From: a virus
Lineage: Duplodnaviria; Caudoviricetes
IMG/VR virus record: IMGVR_UViG_3300032233_001776
Location: 1 to 48,422 of that record
Strand: one strand, 5' to 3'
Length of the DNA: 48,422 nucleotides
This document shows, piece by piece, positions 21,247 through 33,226 of the stretch. Both the position numbers and the translations under genes were made by a program. The notes below the pieces were generated by a model that searched no databases, was not told where the DNA came from, and saw only the letters and a program-made list of their open reading frames with translations. How positions within the stretch are numbered: the first letter of the stretch is position 1; every line of letters starts with the position of its first letter.

Positions 21247-24200
21247 ATGATACAAACTGGCTTTGAAACACGAGTTAAGATTCAAGACGTAATTGAAAGT
21301 CAACTTCCAGGATTTATATTACAAGAAAGTCCCTTAACATCAGATTTTTTAAAGCAATATTATATTTCTCAAGAATATCAAGGCGGTCCGGTAGATATTG
21401 CAGAGAATTTAGATCAATATTTAAAATTAGATAATTTAACCCCAGAAGTTATTGTAGATAATACTTATCTCTCTGCCGGTATTACATCTACAGCATCAAC
21501 TATTGTAGTCAATAGTACTAAAGGATATCCACAAACATATGGATTATTGAAAATTGATGATGAAATTATTACATATACTGGAGTAACTACAAATACATTC
21601 ACTGGATGTATAAGAGGATTTAGTGGAATTACAAGTTATCATAGCTCATCAGATCCTGAAGAATTAGTATTTTCTTCTTCTAATCAAGCATCACATGATT
21701 CTGCTAGAGCAGTATATAATTTAAGTTCTTTATTTTTAAAGGAATTTTATAAGAAATTTAAATCTACATTTACACCAGGTTTAGAAAATAATGATTTTGC
21801 ATCAGATTTAAATATTGGAAACTTTATTAAAAGTGCAAAATCATTTTACCAATCTAAGGGAACTGAAGAATCTTTTAGAATTTTATTCAATGTTTTATAT
21901 GGAGTAACTCCAACAGTAGTTAATCTATCAGAATATTTGATTAGACCTTCATCAGCAGAGTATTTAAGAAGAGAGCAAATAGTAGTTGAGCCAATTTCTG
22001 GAGATCCAAGTAAATTAGTAGGGCAGACAATTACAAAGTCTACAGATCCAAATACTTATGCATCAGTATCTCAGGCAGAGATATTGACTATAAATGGAAA
22101 AATTTATTATAAACTTTCTCTTTTTGTTGGGTATAATGATAGTTCAGCTATTGTAGGAACTTTTGATATTCCAGGAAAATCTAAAGTTATAGAACAAGTA
22201 TCTCCTGGCGATTCAATTATTACTGTAGACTCTACAATTGGATTTCCACAATCAGGAATTATTATATCTGGTAATAATATTATTAATTATTCTGATAAGA
22301 GTGTTAATCAATTTTATGGTTGTTCAGGAATTACTACAACTATCAATGTAGCTGATAATATTCGATTTAATGAGACTGTTTTTGGGTATGAAAATGGCGA
22401 TATTACCAAATTAGTATCATTAAGAATTACTGGTGTACTGTCAGATTTTATTGCCTCGTCAAAAACTTATAATGTAAATGAAGGTGATGAAATTTCTGCA
22501 TATTACCTAGGAGAAATTATTGAAAATCCAAGTATAGATAAGACATATAAGCAAATATTTGCAAATTCTTGGATCTATAATACAAGTTCAAGATATCAAG
22601 TAGGTGTTTTTAGTGGATCATCATATACCCTTTCAAGTCCAATTGATAAATCAAGTTTAAAGGTAGGAGATCGTGTTGATATTTTAGAGAGAGAAACTCA
22701 AACTATTGTATCTTCAAATTCAAATCCACCATATGTTAGCAATGTAGATATAACAAATAATCAAGTAAACTTGAATAATATTGGTGTATTTACTCCAAAT
22801 CCAAATTTAAATTATGATATAAGAAGAAGAATAGTAAAAACAAATAGTAGTTTGGTTCCAATTGGAGTTGGAAATGATAAAATTACCTCTAACGTTCAAA
22901 ATTTATATTTGGATGGTAATGATAATGCTTATGTTGCTTCAAGTGGACTGTCAACTTCGATAACCACAGATGTTATTAAAGCCACTTTATCTGGAATATC
23001 ATCCTACAATTCCAATACCAATTTATATTCTATAATTTTATTCGCAAATTCAGTTCCATTTTATACTGGAGATGCTGTTTACTATCAACCACAATCAACA
23101 CCTATTCCTGGATTATCAGAACAAATATATTACGTTGAAGTTTTATCATCAACAAATCAAATTAGATTATATAATTCAAGATCTTTTATAGGATCTAATA
23201 GCAATTATGTTGGCTTTTCATCTGTTCCAACCAATAGTGGATCTCATGATTTCATTTTAAATGGTAAAGATAATAATTATATTTCTAATCAAAAATTACT
23301 AAAGAAATTTACTTTAATTCAAAATATTCAAGATGGATTGAAACAAGAAACAGTTCCTGGAACAATAGGAATGCTCATAAATGGAGTTGAAATAGAAAAC
23401 TATAAATCTGATGATAAAATTTATTATGGTCCTCTGGATTCGGTTAGTGTATTGAATGGTGGTAGTAATTACGATGTAATTAATCCTCCAGTCATAACTG
23501 CAAGTGTTGGATTGGGATCAACTGCACTTATTCAACCAGTAGTATCAGGATCTATTAAGAAAGTTTTTGTAGCTCCTCAAGATTTTGATTTAAATGTTGT
23601 GGTTTCCATTGCAATAACAGGTGGAAATGGATCTGGAGCCATATTAAATCCTATTCTTCAAAAAAGAAGAAGAGAAATTTCATTTGATGCAAGAATACTT
23701 AATAGCAATTATGGTGGAGTTGATACCTCCAATGAAACTATTACTTTCTTATCAAATCATAATTTAAATACTGGAGATTCATTAATTTATAATTCAAATG
23801 GAAATAACCCATTAGGCATAGGTACTTTTGGTGGTTCCAATTTAGATCAAAATAGATATTTGGTAGATAATGGAATTTATTATGTTTCTATAGTTAATAG
23901 TAAAACAGTTCAACTCTATAATTCAAAAGCAGATTCTCTTACTGGAATTAATACTGTAGGATTTACAACTGCCAATGCAAATGGCACTCATAAATTCAAT
24001 AGCGGCGATATTAAAAATACTCTTACTGAAATAAAAGTTGTAAATGGTGGAGTTGGGTATACAAATAGAAAATTAATTACAAAACCATCAGGAATATCAA
24101 CAATTAATAGTACCGTCAATTTTACAAATCATGGATTTAATGAAGGAGATTTAATTGTTTATAACTATCAGACATCCCCAATAGCTGGATTAAATACTAC

Positions 24201-27200
24201 AAATCAATATTATATTTCAAAAATTGATAATGATTATTTCAAATTATGTGATGCTGGAATTGGCGGGACAAATAGTTCAAATTATCAAAGAAAAAATACT
24301 GTAACATTTTCAGGAACTGGATCTGGATATCAATATTTTAGCTATTCACCAATTTCAATTGTGGCGACTTTTGCATCGGTTGGTGTAGGATCAACAGCAA
24401 TTAAAACTGTTGGAATTGTTACAGCAACAGCTATTGTAAGAGGTGAAATCATTGACACTTACTTATATGAGCCAGGAAGTGATTATGGATCAACAACTCT
24501 CAATTTTCACAAAAAACCAAAAATAACAACATCTATTGGTAGTGGGGCAAGATTAATTGCTAATGTAAGTGATGGGCATATTAGTTCTGTTAATGTATTA
24601 TATGGCGGAACAAATTACTACTCTCCGCCAGATATAGTCATAAATGGAACCGGATCTGGAGCTGTAATACAAGCAACTGTTAATAATGGTATTATAACAA
24701 GTGCTGATGTAATTAATTCGGGGTTAGGTTATACCTCTAGTAATATTTCAGTAACTGTTTCTTCAGTTGGTTCAAATGCCGTATTTGATAGTGCAGTAAG
24801 ATCTTTAACAGTTAATAATAATTTTAAATATGGAGATGAAATTATTAAGCCCTCCATATATGATTTAAAATATTCAGTTTCTGGATATTCTGCAGGTATT
24901 AGAACAGAATTTAATGATAATGATCAAACCAAACATTCCCCAATAATTGGATGGGCATACGATGGAAATCCAATCTACGGACCATTTGGATATTCAGATT
25001 CCCAAAATACCTCATCATTAATTAAAATTTTAACTTCTGGATATCAATTAAATAGCAATTTAATAATTAATAGACCATCCGGGTTTAGTTCTGGATTTTT
25101 TGTAGAGGATTATACGTTTAGTAATGGTGGAGATCTTGATCAAAATAATGGAAGATTTTCTAAAACTCCAGATTTTCCAAATGGCGTATACGCTTATTTT
25201 GCAGGAGTTACTACAAGCCCATCAAATTCAACTCTTATAAGCAATTTTCCATATTTTGTGGGCAATACTTATAGATCAACTTATATAACTGATAACTTAT
25301 CACTTGATCAATCTTTTGATTTTAATAATTCGGATTTAATCAGAAATACTTTTCCATATAAACTTAATGATAAGTATGCAACAAATGATTTTATAATTGA
25401 ATCAACTGATAGTGTTGCCCAAAAATCAATAGTTGAATCTGTAAGCAAAGGATCAATTGATAGTTTTAGTATTGTAACTGCTGGAACTGATTATCAAGTT
25501 GGAGATCAACTTGAATTTGATAATACAGGAACAAATGGCGGAGGAATAGCTGCTGCAGTTTATAGTGTAGATGGAGTAGGAATTTCAAGTATACAAACAA
25601 ATATTCAAACTTATAATAATACAGTTCTTACTTGGAATGATGGAAACAGTATTAGCGGAAAGATCGTTCCATATCATAATTTATTAAATGGTGATAATAT
25701 AATAATTTCTGGATTATCAACAAGTGCAACTAATTTAAATGGAATTTATAGTATAGGAGTTACAACATATTATACGGTTACTTCTAAATATATCCCATCT
25801 AATCCAAGTAGTGGAATAGTAACTGATATCTATGTTTCAGAAATACCACAAAATATTTCTATTGGAAGTAGTGTTGTTATTGGAAATGAAACTTTATCCA
25901 TCCTCAACATTTTTGAGGATCAAAATGTTCTAAGGGTAAATAGGGGAATATCTGGAACTGGCTATACTACTTCAACATTGGTTCAATTTATTTCAGATAC
26001 ATTTACAATTTCAAAAAAATCAAACTATTTTGATTCAAAAATAAACGACAAAGTATTTTTTAATCCATTAGAAACTGTTGGTTGTGGAGTAAGTGCTGGA
26101 GTATCTACTTCGACAACATTTGCATTTGCTGGAATAACATCTTATCCTAGATCAATACCATCACAATCAATTTACATTGAAAATCATCCATTTAAAGACA
26201 ATCAACAGGTTGTTTTATCTTTACCAGGTATAACCGGCTATGCACTTCAAATATCAACTTCATTTGGATCTGTTCCATTTAATTTGCCGGGATCTGGAAT
26301 TTCCACTACAGTATATGTAACAAATAAATCTAGAAATACGATTGGTATAAAGACAACATTAAATTCTTCCGAAGTATTTTTTACGGGGTTTGGAGTAAAT
26401 TCAAATAGTTATTTTTATTCGTTAGAAAGTATTTACAATCAAGTAATATCTAAAACTAAAAAAATTCAAGCTACTGTATACACAAATAAAACACACAATT
26501 TATCAAATGATGATGTGGTTGATTTGGTAGTTAATCCAAATCTTTCCGTTGGAATTGGAACCTCATCTTCAATTTATGTAAAATATGACTCTACTAATAA
26601 AAAATTATTGATTAATCCTATAGGTTTTAGTAGTACTGGAATTAATACATCTAATAATACTATTACAATTCCTTCACATAATTTGGTAACTGGTAGTAAA
26701 GTAACTTATTCTGCAACTGATCTATTAGCTTCTGGACTTTCAACTAGCCAATATTTTGTCTATAAGGTTGATAGTGACAGTATACAATTATGCCAAACCT
26801 ATTATGATTCTCAACAAAATCTCCCAACTGTAGTTTCTATAGCTTCAACTGGAGGAAAATATCAAACTATTAGTGCAATCAATCCACAAATAAATGTAAT
26901 TAGAAATAATAATTTGGTATTTAATCTATCAGATTCATCTTTGGCTGGATATAATTTTAAAATATACTATGATCAAAGTTTTAATGATGAATTTGTTTCA
27001 ACCGGAGCCACTACAGGATTTAATATTTCTGGAGTTGGAACAGTCGGAGTTTCAACAAATGCATCGTTAACTTTGATTTATGATTCGGACATTCCAAATT
27101 ATCTTTACTATAGCTTAGAAAAATCTGGATCTACAATTAGTTCAGATTCTGATGTGGAAAATTCTTCTCAAATAGCATTTTCTTCAAGTACATATACTGG

Positions 27201-30200
27201 AGAATATATTATTTCTGGAATAGGTACGACATCATTTAATATTTCTCTCACAAATATTCCAGAAAATTTATCTTATATTCAATCACAATGTGACAATTTA
27301 AGTTATTCTACTAACTCACTAACAGCATATGGTCCAATTGCAAAAATTAGAACAATTTCAAAAGGATTAAATTACAAAAAACTTCCTCTATTTACAGGAG
27401 TAGCTTCTTCAATTGGTAGTGGAGCATATATTGTACCACAATCAAACGCAATTGGTAATATAACAAATATTTCAATTTTAAATGAAGGTTTTGAATATAC
27501 ATCTGACAAAACTTTAAAACCAAATGCATATATTTCACCAGCAATAACTTTAAAATCTTCAGATACTATTTCAAATATAGAAGTAACTGATGGTGGTAAG
27601 TATTACACAAATGCTCCAAATTTAATCGTTGTGGATTCTTTAACTGGTGAAGAAGTTAATAACGGTATTTTAAAGGCAACTTTAACTTCAAATAGTATAA
27701 GTTCTGTTGCTGTTGTAGCAGAACCAAAGGGATTAGCAACTTCAAATGAAATAATAGCCATTAATAATACTAATGGATCAACCATTGATAAAGTTTATAG
27801 TTCATCATCTGGCGTTGTTACTTGCGTATTAACAACTCCTATACTTGGATTTAGTACATATTCTCCTGCAGTATTTTATGTTGGTGATAAAATTTTTGTA
27901 GAGGGAATTCAAAAATATAGTAATGATGGATCTGGTTTTAATTCTTCAGATTATAATTATCAGTTCTTTACTGTTACCAATGCATCTGCAATTACTGCTA
28001 ATCCTTTCCAAATAGAATATAATATTTCCGGTTTAACTACAAATCCTGGAATTGCAAAAACTGCTCAAGAATCAATTGCTTCTGCTGTTAACTATAAAAA
28101 TTATCCAAAATTTACTATAAATCAAATTGATTCGCCATTTATTGTGGGAGAAAAATTATTAGTAAATATAAATGGAAGTTTTATTGAAGAAGACATTACG
28201 GTAACATATTATGGAAATAAGTCAATAAAAGTTTCCGGTTCATATTCTTTGGAAGTGGACAATATTATAAAAGGAAAATCATCAGGAACTATAGCAACTG
28301 TAGACACTCTTCAAAAAAATTATGGTAAATTTAATGTAGATTATTCCACTAAAAAAGATCATGGATGGTCTAATGATATTGGTAAATTAAATTATGATAA
28401 TCAAGTAATCGCAGATAATGATTATTATCAAGATTTAGCTTATACTGTTAAGAGTCCAATTCAATTTGAAGATTTAATTACTCCTGTAAATAATTTACTT
28501 CATACAACAGGTACTAAGAATTTTGCAGATGTTGGAATTACATCAAATTCTAGTAATACTATTTCTGGTATATCTACTACTACAATACTATATGATATTA
28601 TTGATGAAAATCGTGTTGATACCCTGAATATTTTTGACACTGTTGTTGATTACAGCAATACAAATAATTCATCAGCATTTTTAAAATTTAATAATAAAAA
28701 TTTAACTAGTTATATACAGTGCTCTACGAATAGAGCTTTAAGAATTGATGATATAAGTTCTAGGTTTTCTAACTCCGGATTATCTGTTTCTGATCAAAAT
28801 AATATAATATCAATATCACCTACAGAAAGTTATAACAGATATTTGGTTCAAATTGTAGATTTAAATAAAACTCAATTCCAATTAACAGAAGTAATTGTAT
28901 TGAATGATTCCATAAATGGAAACTTATTTGAACTTCAAAGGGGATCTGTATATAATCAAAAAATTGGAGATATTGAAATTTATACAGATTCTTCAAATAA
29001 TTCATATTTGTATTTTAATCCTTTAGATCCTAATAATTATGATTATAATATTAAAATTTTGAAAAATAATTTTTCTGATACATTCTCTGGAATAGGAAGT
29101 ACCTCAGTTGGATTTGTTAATTTGATATCAAAAAATAATATAGTAAATTCTGGTGTAACAACTGCATTAATTTCAGTATCTGCTGCTAGTACATCTGCAG
29201 TATATTCAAATATTCAACTCATTGATAATGTAACAAATTCAATGAATTATGTTGAAATATATTTGACTACTGATGGAACTAATACTTACTTAGCAGAAAA
29301 TTATACTGATTCGTCTACTTCATCTACACCAGCTTCTTATAATCATATTGGAACATTTGGGGCATCTATTTCATCTGGAGTATTATCCTTAAATTATACA
29401 AATACTGGAATTAATTCAGTTACCGCAAAATCTAAAAATGTTTCTTTGGGTTCAACTTCAGCTGGAATAGGAACCTACAGATTTATACTTAATGGACAAA
29501 CTCCAGGATATGAGAGAAGTGCAAAATATCAAGCCGATTATTCAACTGTATCAACAGCATCTAGTATAGTCACGGTAAGTCGTTTAGATACTTCAGCCAT
29601 AAAGTCATTGGTTGAGGTTAGCATTGGGGCTACCAGTGCATTGCATCAAGTGATGCTAATTCAAGATAATACAGATATCCAAACATTACAATATCCATTC
29701 ATTTCAATTGGAAGTACAAGTGGAATTGGTACTTTTGGTGGAGTTTACGATAGTTCTGGATCCAATTTTAGTTTAGTATTTTATCCAAGTGCCTCAATAA
29801 CAGGAAATATCAAAGTTCTTGCATATAGTGAATGTTTATATACCGATATTGATGAGGTAAATATTCCACCTTCTCTTCAATATGGCTCAATGGTGGAGAC
29901 TGTTAATGTTGCCACATATTCTGGAAATAATGGAGCAAGAATTAATCGTGTAGATTTTGATCTAAAGTATAATGGTACCCCAATATTCCAAAAGACATTT
30001 AATCCTACAGACAGTTCAGTGCTGAATCCATCAACTGGAGTATTTACAATAGCAAATCACTTCTTTAGTACTGGAGAGGCATTGAATTATGAGCCAGGTT
30101 CTTCATTCATTGGAATTGGATCTACTGGTGTTGGTATTGGAGCAACATTAAATTCTGCTGGAATTGTAACTACTATTTTACCATCGGTAGTTTATCCAAT

Positions 30201-33198
30201 TAAATTGACAAATAATACATTTAGATTATCTACAAGAAAAGATTATTCATTGGCAGGAATATATGTAACATTTACATCTTATGGTTTAGGAAATGCTCAC
30301 ACCTTGGAGATGAATAAAAGATTAGAAAGAACAATAATTGCTATTGATAATGTTGTTCAATATCCAATAGCATATACACCTATAAACTATACCTTGTATA
30401 ATAATGGAGGTTCGGTAAGTGCATCTTCTACAACATTCTCGTTAAGTGGAATATCGTCAATTAAACCAAGCGATTTGCTTTATATTGATAATGAATACAT
30501 GAAAGTTTTAAATGTTGGACTTGGTACCACTAGTTCTGGACCAATTACGAATAGTGGAACAGTTTCATTAGTTAATGTTTCACGAGGATCTGTTGGTTCT
30601 ATTTCAACTTCTCATTTGGATTCTAGAACGGCTAGAATTTATAGAGGATCATATAATATAAGTGGAGGGCAAATTCATTTTACCGATTCGCCTATTGGAA
30701 ATTTAGTCAGCAGCTATACTTCTGGCAATTTAGCTCAAGCAAAATCTTCTTTTAATGGAAGAGTATTTTTAAAGCAAGATTATACAAATAATCAATTATA
30801 TGATGAAATTTCTGATAAATTTACAGGAATAGGTCAAACCTATACTTTAACTGTTCAAGGTATCAATACTGTTGGATTGGGATCTACTGGAAATGGAGTT
30901 TTATTCATTAATCAAATATTCCAAACTCCAACTACACCAAATAATAGTTTAAATAATTTTTCAATTGTTCAAAATAATAGTCTTGGTATTACAAGTGCTG
31001 TATTTTCTGGAATAACTTCAAGTAATGGTTCTATAATAATTTCTAACTATGATGTAAACCAGAATCAATTGCCTAGAGGTGGAGTAATTATTTCTTTAGG
31101 ATCTACTGGTGGGGTTGGATATGCCCCTCTAGTAGGTGCTGCAGCTACGGTAACTTTAAATGGAAGTGGAGCTATAACATCCATTGGAATCGGCACTAGC
31201 GGCTCGTATGGCTCTGGATATTATGGAAATATTTCTATTGGTATAACCGATCCAAATAAAGTTGGGAATAATAATGCAACTATTAATGCTGTTGTTGGTG
31301 CTGGAGGAACTTTAATTTTTAGTATTGGTGCTGCTGGTACTGGTTATGTAAATCCAGTTTTACAAATACCTTCTCCAAGCTATTCAAACTTGACAGTAAA
31401 AGGAATTTCAAGATCAGGTGTTAGTACTACAGCTACTGGAAGTTCATTATTACTAAATGTAAATGTGGCTCCAAATTCTACAACAGGAATTGGATCAACA
31501 TTATTTAAAATTAATTCATTCCAAATTGCAAGACCTGGATATGCTTTCCAAAAAGGTGATGTATTTACTCCAGTTGGTTTAGTTACTGCGGCTGGTATTC
31601 CTGCTCCACTATCACAGTATCAGTTAACGGTTCTTGATACATTTTCTGATTCATTTGCAGCTTGGCAATTTGGAGATTTGGATTATATTGATTCTATTGC
31701 ATATCTGCAAGATGGTGTGAGAACTAGATTCCCTCTTTATTATAATTCACAATTGTTAAGTTATCAACTTAATACAGCAAATTCAAATTCTTTAAATATA
31801 GATTTAAATGCAATTTTACTAATTTTTATAAATGGCGTTATTCAAGATCCTGGAGTAGCTTATCAATTTGATGGAGGATCTTCATTTACTTTAACCGAAC
31901 CACCACTACCTTCTGATAAAGTTTCAATATTTTTCTATAGAGGAACCAGAGGTGTTGATAGTGACTTAGTAACAATATACCAAACAATTAAAGTTGGAGA
32001 TAATGTTCAAGTTTTTAGTAATAATTCAAATCTAGCTATTACAACTACTCAAAAATCTAGAGTAGTATTTGATACACCTTCTTCGGATAAAATTCAAACT
32101 AACATATATTCGGATGTTGGAATTGATATTAACAATTCAAAACCTCTTAGTTGGACAAAACAAAAAATTGATACTCAAATAAATGGACAAATTGTTTATA
32201 AATCAAGGGATTCAATCGAATCTTTGATCTATCCAACAGCAAAAATTATTAAAAATTTCTCATCAACAGATACTCAATTATTTGTAGATGATGCAAATTT
32301 CTTTAAATATGAACAAAACTTAAGTGGAACAACAATTCAATCTTTTGATGGATTAATTGTTAGTGGGGCTCCAAATCCTGTGGCTGCGGCTATTACAGCT
32401 ACAGTTAGTGCTGCAGGCACAGTAAGATTATTAACTATCGGAAGTGCAGGATCTGGATATGTTGGAGCTGCAATTACTGTTAAAATTGCAAAACCACCTA
32501 CTGTTGGAGTAGGTTTGGGAACTACAGCAACAGCTACAGTAACAGTTACTAATGGTACATTAACAGCACCAATTACAATCACCAATCCAGGATTTGGATA
32601 TTCATCTTCAAAACCCCCTCAAGTAATTGTACCATTACCTTCTACATCTTCAGAATATATTTCTGGAGTTACATTGGTTGAAGGATTTGCCGGAATTATA
32701 ACTGGAATAACAACTACTTCAGGAACATCAGGAAATCCTTTGGCACTTAAATTCTATTTGAACACATCGGTATCAAATCCATTCCCCTCAGGATTAACAA
32801 CTGGATATCCAATATTCATTTGCGATACAAGCGTAGGAAAAGGTGTAACATCTATTGATAGTAGTAATAGTGCTATTGTTGGAATTGGAACGTCTCATTT
32901 GGATAACATTTATTATGTACATGCCTTTACTTATGATCCACTAAACAATTTAACTGCATCCATTACATGTAATATAAACTCCAACACTTCAGTTGTTGGA
33001 ATAGCAACTACTGGATCTTATGTTGGGCGATATTCTTGGGGAAGGTTGTCAGGTTTTAGCAGATCATCATCTCCAATTTCAATTGCGGTTACTGCATTAA
33101 AAGTTGATGTTGGACTAACAACATTTGCATCAATTCAAAGGAGAAATTATGGAATAAGAAATAGTGGTGGGATAAAATACAGTAACCTTTATAGTTAA
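21247..33198 (+). CDS. gp7: giant baseplate wedge initiator (gp7-like), 3983 aa
   Basis: Lies between gp6 and gp8. FYQSKGTEESFRILFNVLYG near the N-terminus; DNDYYQDLAYTVKS...LLHTTG; Gly/Ser/Thr-rich repeated domains. Confidence 0.8.
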   Translation: MIQTGFETRVKIQDVIESQLPGFILQESPLTSDFLKQYYISQEYQGGPVDIAENLDQYLKLDNLTPEVIVDNTYLSAGITSTASTIVVNSTKGYPQTYGLLKIDDEIITYTGVTTNTFTGCIRGFSGITSYHSSSDPEELVFSSSNQASHDSARAVYNLSSLFLKEFYKKFKSTFTPGLENNDFASDLNIGNFIKSAKSFYQSKGTEESFRILFNVLYGVTPTVVNLSEYLIRPSSAEYLRREQIVVEPISGDPSKLVGQTITKSTDPNTYASVSQAEILTINGKIYYKLSLFVGYNDSSAIVGTFDIPGKSKVIEQVSPGDSIITVDSTIGFPQSGIIISGNNIINYSDKSVNQFYGCSGITTTINVADNIRFNETVFGYENGDITKLVSLRITGVLSDFIASSKTYNVNEGDEISAYYLGEIIENPSIDKTYKQIFANSWIYNTSSRYQVGVFSGSSYTLSSPIDKSSLKVGDRVDILERETQTIVSSNSNPPYVSNVDITNNQVNLNNIGVFTPNPNLNYDIRRRIVKTNSSLVPIGVGNDKITSNVQNLYLDGNDNAYVASSGLSTSITTDVIKATLSGISSYNSNTNLYSIILFANSVPFYTGDAVYYQPQSTPIPGLSEQIYYVEVLSSTNQIRLYNSRSFIGSNSNYVGFSSVPTNSGSHDFILNGKDNNYISNQKLLKKFTLIQNIQDGLKQETVPGTIGMLINGVEIENYKSDDKIYYGPLDSVSVLNGGSNYDVINPPVITASVGLGSTALIQPVVSGSIKKVFVAPQDFDLNVVVSIAITGGNGSGAILNPILQKRRREISFDARILNSNYGGVDTSNETITFLSNHNLNTGDSLIYNSNGNNPLGIGTFGGSNLDQNRYLVDNGIYYVSIVNSKTVQLYNSKADSLTGINTVGFTTANANGTHKFNSGDIKNTLTEIKVVNGGVGYTNRKLITKPSGISTINSTVNFTNHGFNEGDLIVYNYQTSPIAGLNTTNQYYISKIDNDYFKLCDAGIGGTNSSNYQRKNTVTFSGTGSGYQYFSYSPISIVATFASVGVGSTAIKTVGIVTATAIVRGEIIDTYLYEPGSDYGSTTLNFHKKPKITTSIGSGARLIANVSDGHISSVNVLYGGTNYYSPPDIVINGTGSGAVIQATVNNGIITSADVINSGLGYTSSNISVTVSSVGSNAVFDSAVRSLTVNNNFKYGDEIIKPSIYDLKYSVSGYSAGIRTEFNDNDQTKHSPIIGWAYDGNPIYGPFGYSDSQNTSSLIKILTSGYQLNSNLIINRPSGFSSGFFVEDYTFSNGGDLDQNNGRFSKTPDFPNGVYAYFAGVTTSPSNSTLISNFPYFVGNTYRSTYITDNLSLDQSFDFNNSDLIRNTFPYKLNDKYATNDFIIESTDSVAQKSIVESVSKGSIDSFSIVTAGTDYQVGDQLEFDNTGTNGGGIAAAVYSVDGVGISSIQTNIQTYNNTVLTWNDGNSISGKIVPYHNLLNGDNIIISGLSTSATNLNGIYSIGVTTYYTVTSKYIPSNPSSGIVTDIYVSEIPQNISIGSSVVIGNETLSILNIFEDQNVLRVNRGISGTGYTTSTLVQFISDTFTISKKSNYFDSKINDKVFFNPLETVGCGVSAGVSTSTTFAFAGITSYPRSIPSQSIYIENHPFKDNQQVVLSLPGITGYALQISTSFGSVPFNLPGSGISTTVYVTNKSRNTIGIKTTLNSSEVFFTGFGVNSNSYFYSLESIYNQVISKTKKIQATVYTNKTHNLSNDDVVDLVVNPNLSVGIGTSSSIYVKYDSTNKKLLINPIGFSSTGINTSNNTITIPSHNLVTGSKVTYSATDLLASGLSTSQYFVYKVDSDSIQLCQTYYDSQQNLPTVVSIASTGGKYQTISAINPQINVIRNNNLVFNLSDSSLAGYNFKIYYDQSFNDEFVSTGATTGFNISGVGTVGVSTNASLTLIYDSDIPNYLYYSLEKSGSTISSDSDVENSSQIAFSSSTYTGEYIISGIGTTSFNISLTNIPENLSYIQSQCDNLSYSTNSLTAYGPIAKIRTISKGLNYKKLPLFTGVASSIGSGAYIVPQSNAIGNITNISILNEGFEYTSDKTLKPNAYISPAITLKSSDTISNIEVTDGGKYYTNAPNLIVVDSLTGEEVNNGILKATLTSNSISSVAVVAEPKGLATSNEIIAINNTNGSTIDKVYSSSSGVVTCVLTTPILGFSTYSPAVFYVGDKIFVEGIQKYSNDGSGFNSSDYNYQFFTVTNASAITANPFQIEYNISGLTTNPGIAKTAQESIASAVNYKNYPKFTINQIDSPFIVGEKLLVNINGSFIEEDITVTYYGNKSIKVSGSYSLEVDNIIKGKSSGTIATVDTLQKNYGKFNVDYSTKKDHGWSNDIGKLNYDNQVIADNDYYQDLAYTVKSPIQFEDLITPVNNLLHTTGTKNFADVGITSNSSNTISGISTTTILYDIIDENRVDTLNIFDTVVDYSNTNNSSAFLKFNNKNLTSYIQCSTNRALRIDDISSRFSNSGLSVSDQNNIISISPTESYNRYLVQIVDLNKTQFQLTEVIVLNDSINGNLFELQRGSVYNQKIGDIEIYTDSSNNSYLYFNPLDPNNYDYNIKILKNNFSDTFSGIGSTSVGFVNLISKNNIVNSGVTTALISVSAASTSAVYSNIQLIDNVTNSMNYVEIYLTTDGTNTYLAENYTDSSTSSTPASYNHIGTFGASISSGVLSLNYTNTGINSVTAKSKNVSLGSTSAGIGTYRFILNGQTPGYERSAKYQADYSTVSTASSIVTVSRLDTSAIKSLVEVSIGATSALHQVMLIQDNTDIQTLQYPFISIGSTSGIGTFGGVYDSSGSNFSLVFYPSASITGNIKVLAYSECLYTDIDEVNIPPSLQYGSMVETVNVATYSGNNGARINRVDFDLKYNGTPIFQKTFNPTDSSVLNPSTGVFTIANHFFSTGEALNYEPGSSFIGIGSTGVGIGATLNSAGIVTTILPSVVYPIKLTNNTFRLSTRKDYSLAGIYVTFTSYGLGNAHTLEMNKRLERTIIAIDNVVQYPIAYTPINYTLYNNGGSVSASSTTFSLSGISSIKPSDLLYIDNEYMKVLNVGLGTTSSGPITNSGTVSLVNVSRGSVGSISTSHLDSRTARIYRGSYNISGGQIHFTDSPIGNLVSSYTSGNLAQAKSSFNGRVFLKQDYTNNQLYDEISDKFTGIGQTYTLTVQGINTVGLGSTGNGVLFINQIFQTPTTPNNSLNNFSIVQNNSLGITSAVFSGITSSNGSIIISNYDVNQNQLPRGGVIISLGSTGGVGYAPLVGAAATVTLNGSGAITSIGIGTSGSYGSGYYGNISIGITDPNKVGNNNATINAVVGAGGTLIFSIGAAGTGYVNPVLQIPSPSYSNLTVKGISRSGVSTTATGSSLLLNVNVAPNSTTGIGSTLFKINSFQIARPGYAFQKGDVFTPVGLVTAAGIPAPLSQYQLTVLDTFSDSFAAWQFGDLDYIDSIAYLQDGVRTRFPLYYNSQLLSYQLNTANSNSLNIDLNAILLIFINGVIQDPGVAYQFDGGSSFTLTEPPLPSDKVSIFFYRGTRGVDSDLVTIYQTIKVGDNVQVFSNNSNLAITTTQKSRVVFDTPSSDKIQTNIYSDVGIDINNSKPLSWTKQKIDTQINGQIVYKSRDSIESLIYPTAKIIKNFSSTDTQLFVDDANFFKYEQNLSGTTIQSFDGLIVSGAPNPVAAAITATVSAAGTVRLLTIGSAGSGYVGAAITVKIAKPPTVGVGLGTTATATVTVTNGTLTAPITITNPGFGYSSSKPPQVIVPLPSTSSEYISGVTLVEGFAGIITGITTTSGTSGNPLALKFYLNTSVSNPFPSGLTTGYPIFICDTSVGKGVTSIDSSNSAIVGIGTSHLDNIYYVHAFTYDPLNNLTASITCNINSNTSVVGIATTGSYVGRYSWGRLSGFSRSSSPISIAVTALKVDVGLTTFASIQRRNYGIRNSGGIKYSNLYS

Positions 33199-33206
33199 TA
33201 TAAATA
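33199..33206 (+). promoter_or_regulatory. T4-type late promoter
   Basis: TATAAATA upstream of gp8. Confidence 0.8.
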
Positions 33207-33226
33207 TAGAAAAAAACGCTAGTAAT